From Phycisphaerae bacterium (GTDB lineage Bacteria > Planctomycetota > Phycisphaerae > UBA1845): a stretch of DNA of 55,292 bases. Made by a program: the position numbers and the translations under genes. Below, piece after piece: positions 54,320 to 55,292 of the stretch. The stretch lies in the NCBI GenBank assembly GCA_046753625.1, contig JBHHUB010000002.1, forward strand, positions 1 through 55,292, given 5' to 3'. A model generated the notes under the pieces. It did not search any database. It was given only the letters and a program-made list of their open reading frames with translations, and was not told the origin of the DNA. Within the stretch, counting starts at the first letter, position 1, and each line of letters begins with the position of its first letter.

Positions 54320-54398
54320 CGATTCTTTCCTTTCGTCCTGTACCTATTCCTTGCCACAGCGCAGTGCCGAGAGCCCATCGGCGTGCATCGACGTGCGC

Positions 54399-54416
54399 GC
54401 CGGCGATTGCGCCGGC
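54399..54416 (-). terminator. perfect hairpin after the frameshifted gene
   Basis: GCCGGCG-ATTG-CGCCGGC, about 20 nt downstream of the 54435 stop on the minus strand. Confidence 0.35.
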
Positions 54417-54434
54417 TCGCACGGAAAGGTACGG

Positions 54435-55292
54435 TTAGCGTCGTACCGACCGGGTACGTTTGATGTTCTGCTGTGCGATCTCCTCCTCCGCCTCGATGGA
54501 ATCGAGCTTATCGCTGAACTCAGGCAGCAGCGGCAGGTTGTACTCCCACGCAAACTCACGAATGTCCTTCACGTCCACGAAGCCGTCTTCGTTCAGGTCC
54601 GCCGCGCGGGCCGTCGAGAACGAAAGGCTGCGGGCCGGAATACGGTAGGTCGGCTGACGCCGCGTGATGCCGCCTCCAAACGGATCGCCGCTGAACGCGA
54701 TCGGGCACAGGTCGGTTGCTGACCTGCAGGAAGCCCTGCTGGATCGCCACAAAATCGGCCGTCGCTTGCATGCCGTCGCCCGTCGCGTCCGCACCCACGT
54801 TGTGGTTGGCCGGAGCCGGCGTGTTGTAGACGCTCGCCAGGATCGAGAAGTCGGTGATGTCCACCAGGCCGTCCTGCAAGGCCGTGCCCGCTGCGTTCTG
54901 GAAGTCACCGGAGATCAACTCGCTGCCGGCCAACGTGAGATCCACGAACTCGTCGCCGCAGCCGTCAAAGAGAATCGGCGGCGCCAAACGGCTGAGCGTG
55001 TGGCCCGTGCGAACGCTCAAATAGCCGGCGGTCGATGGTACGCCCGTCAGAACGGTGGTTCCGAAGCCCGTATTGTCGAAGGACACGGCTTGCGTGATGA
55101 CGGTTGTCGGGTTGCTCAGGGGGATGTTGCACTCGGTGATCACAAACGTGACATCACGCGTCTCGGATACAGCCGGAGCCATGTGCGGAATGCTGATGTC
55201 CACGGTGATCGTGTTGGCCGGGTCCGTACCGGCACACACGCCGAACGCATCGCACACGTCCGTCAACGTGCAGGCGTTGCCATCGACACAAC
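54435..55292 (-). pseudogene. 3' part of a further Cys-rich/dockerin paralogue, running off the window, with an apparent frameshift near 54720
   Basis: The frame of ORF 54556..55266 stays open to 55292 (CVDGNACTLTDVCDAFGVCAG). Homology to the protease C-terminus (FLVSDAVDGCP vs FLQVS/ATDLCP) continues in the frame of ORF 54435..54908, which ends with a dockerin-like ADLNEDGFVDVKDIREFA. Confidence 0.55.

Noticed and set aside
1-55292. Scan for tRNA, rRNA, tmRNA, SRP RNA and CRISPR arrays
   Set aside because: I found no GGTTCGAATCC-type T-arms in a cloverleaf context, no rRNA-like conserved blocks, no tmRNA or 4.5S core motifs, and no regularly spaced direct repeats with unique spacers. A by-eye search cannot exclude small ncRNAs.

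Overview
GC-rich bacterial chromosomal window with about 36 supportable protein-coding genes. I found no rRNA, tRNA or CRISPR array. The lineage looks like Planctomycetota; this is an inference from DUF1573-type PSCGC modules, DCNxNGxPDxC motifs, giant secreted FG-GAP/dockerin proteins and an ECF sigma pair. From left to right: an ABC-2 exporter pair, lexA, an MFS-like transporter, a translationally coupled gatC-gatA-GNAT-amidohydrolase operon (no gatB), DUF423 and fxsA (1.4-12.2 kb). Next is an envelope-glycan locus at 12.5-24.1 kb: a GT-C/ArnT-like transferase divergent from a GT2 polyprenyl-phosphate glycosyltransferase, an MBOAT + SGNH O-acetylation pair, a Wzy_C/O-antigen-ligase-like protein, a GT4 and a Wzz/GumC-like co-polymerase. 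Then come smc, an M28-PA-PDZ peptidase, a DUF1573 + triple-thioredoxin fusion and pgpA (24.5-33.9 kb), bracketed by an inverted pair of 160-nt MITE-like elements. After that: ECF sigma / ZAS anti-sigma / mini-secretin-like protein, a truncated haemoglobin, hutH, hisS and a small polytopic membrane protein (34.3-41.7 kb). The most unusual part is 41.8-55.3 kb. It is a co-directional minus-strand cluster of secreted proteins built from cohesin-like N-terminal modules, dockerin-like C-terminal modules, Cys-rich mini-modules, an S8 protease fused to a 7-blade FG-GAP propeller, and a small c-type cytochrome. It contains no carbohydrate-active enzyme. Intergenic DNA carries several families of hairpin (REP-like) and MITE-like repeats. 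One copy sits in frame inside a coding region, and several supply or abut stop codons. All family calls come from motif reading by eye; no database search was run.
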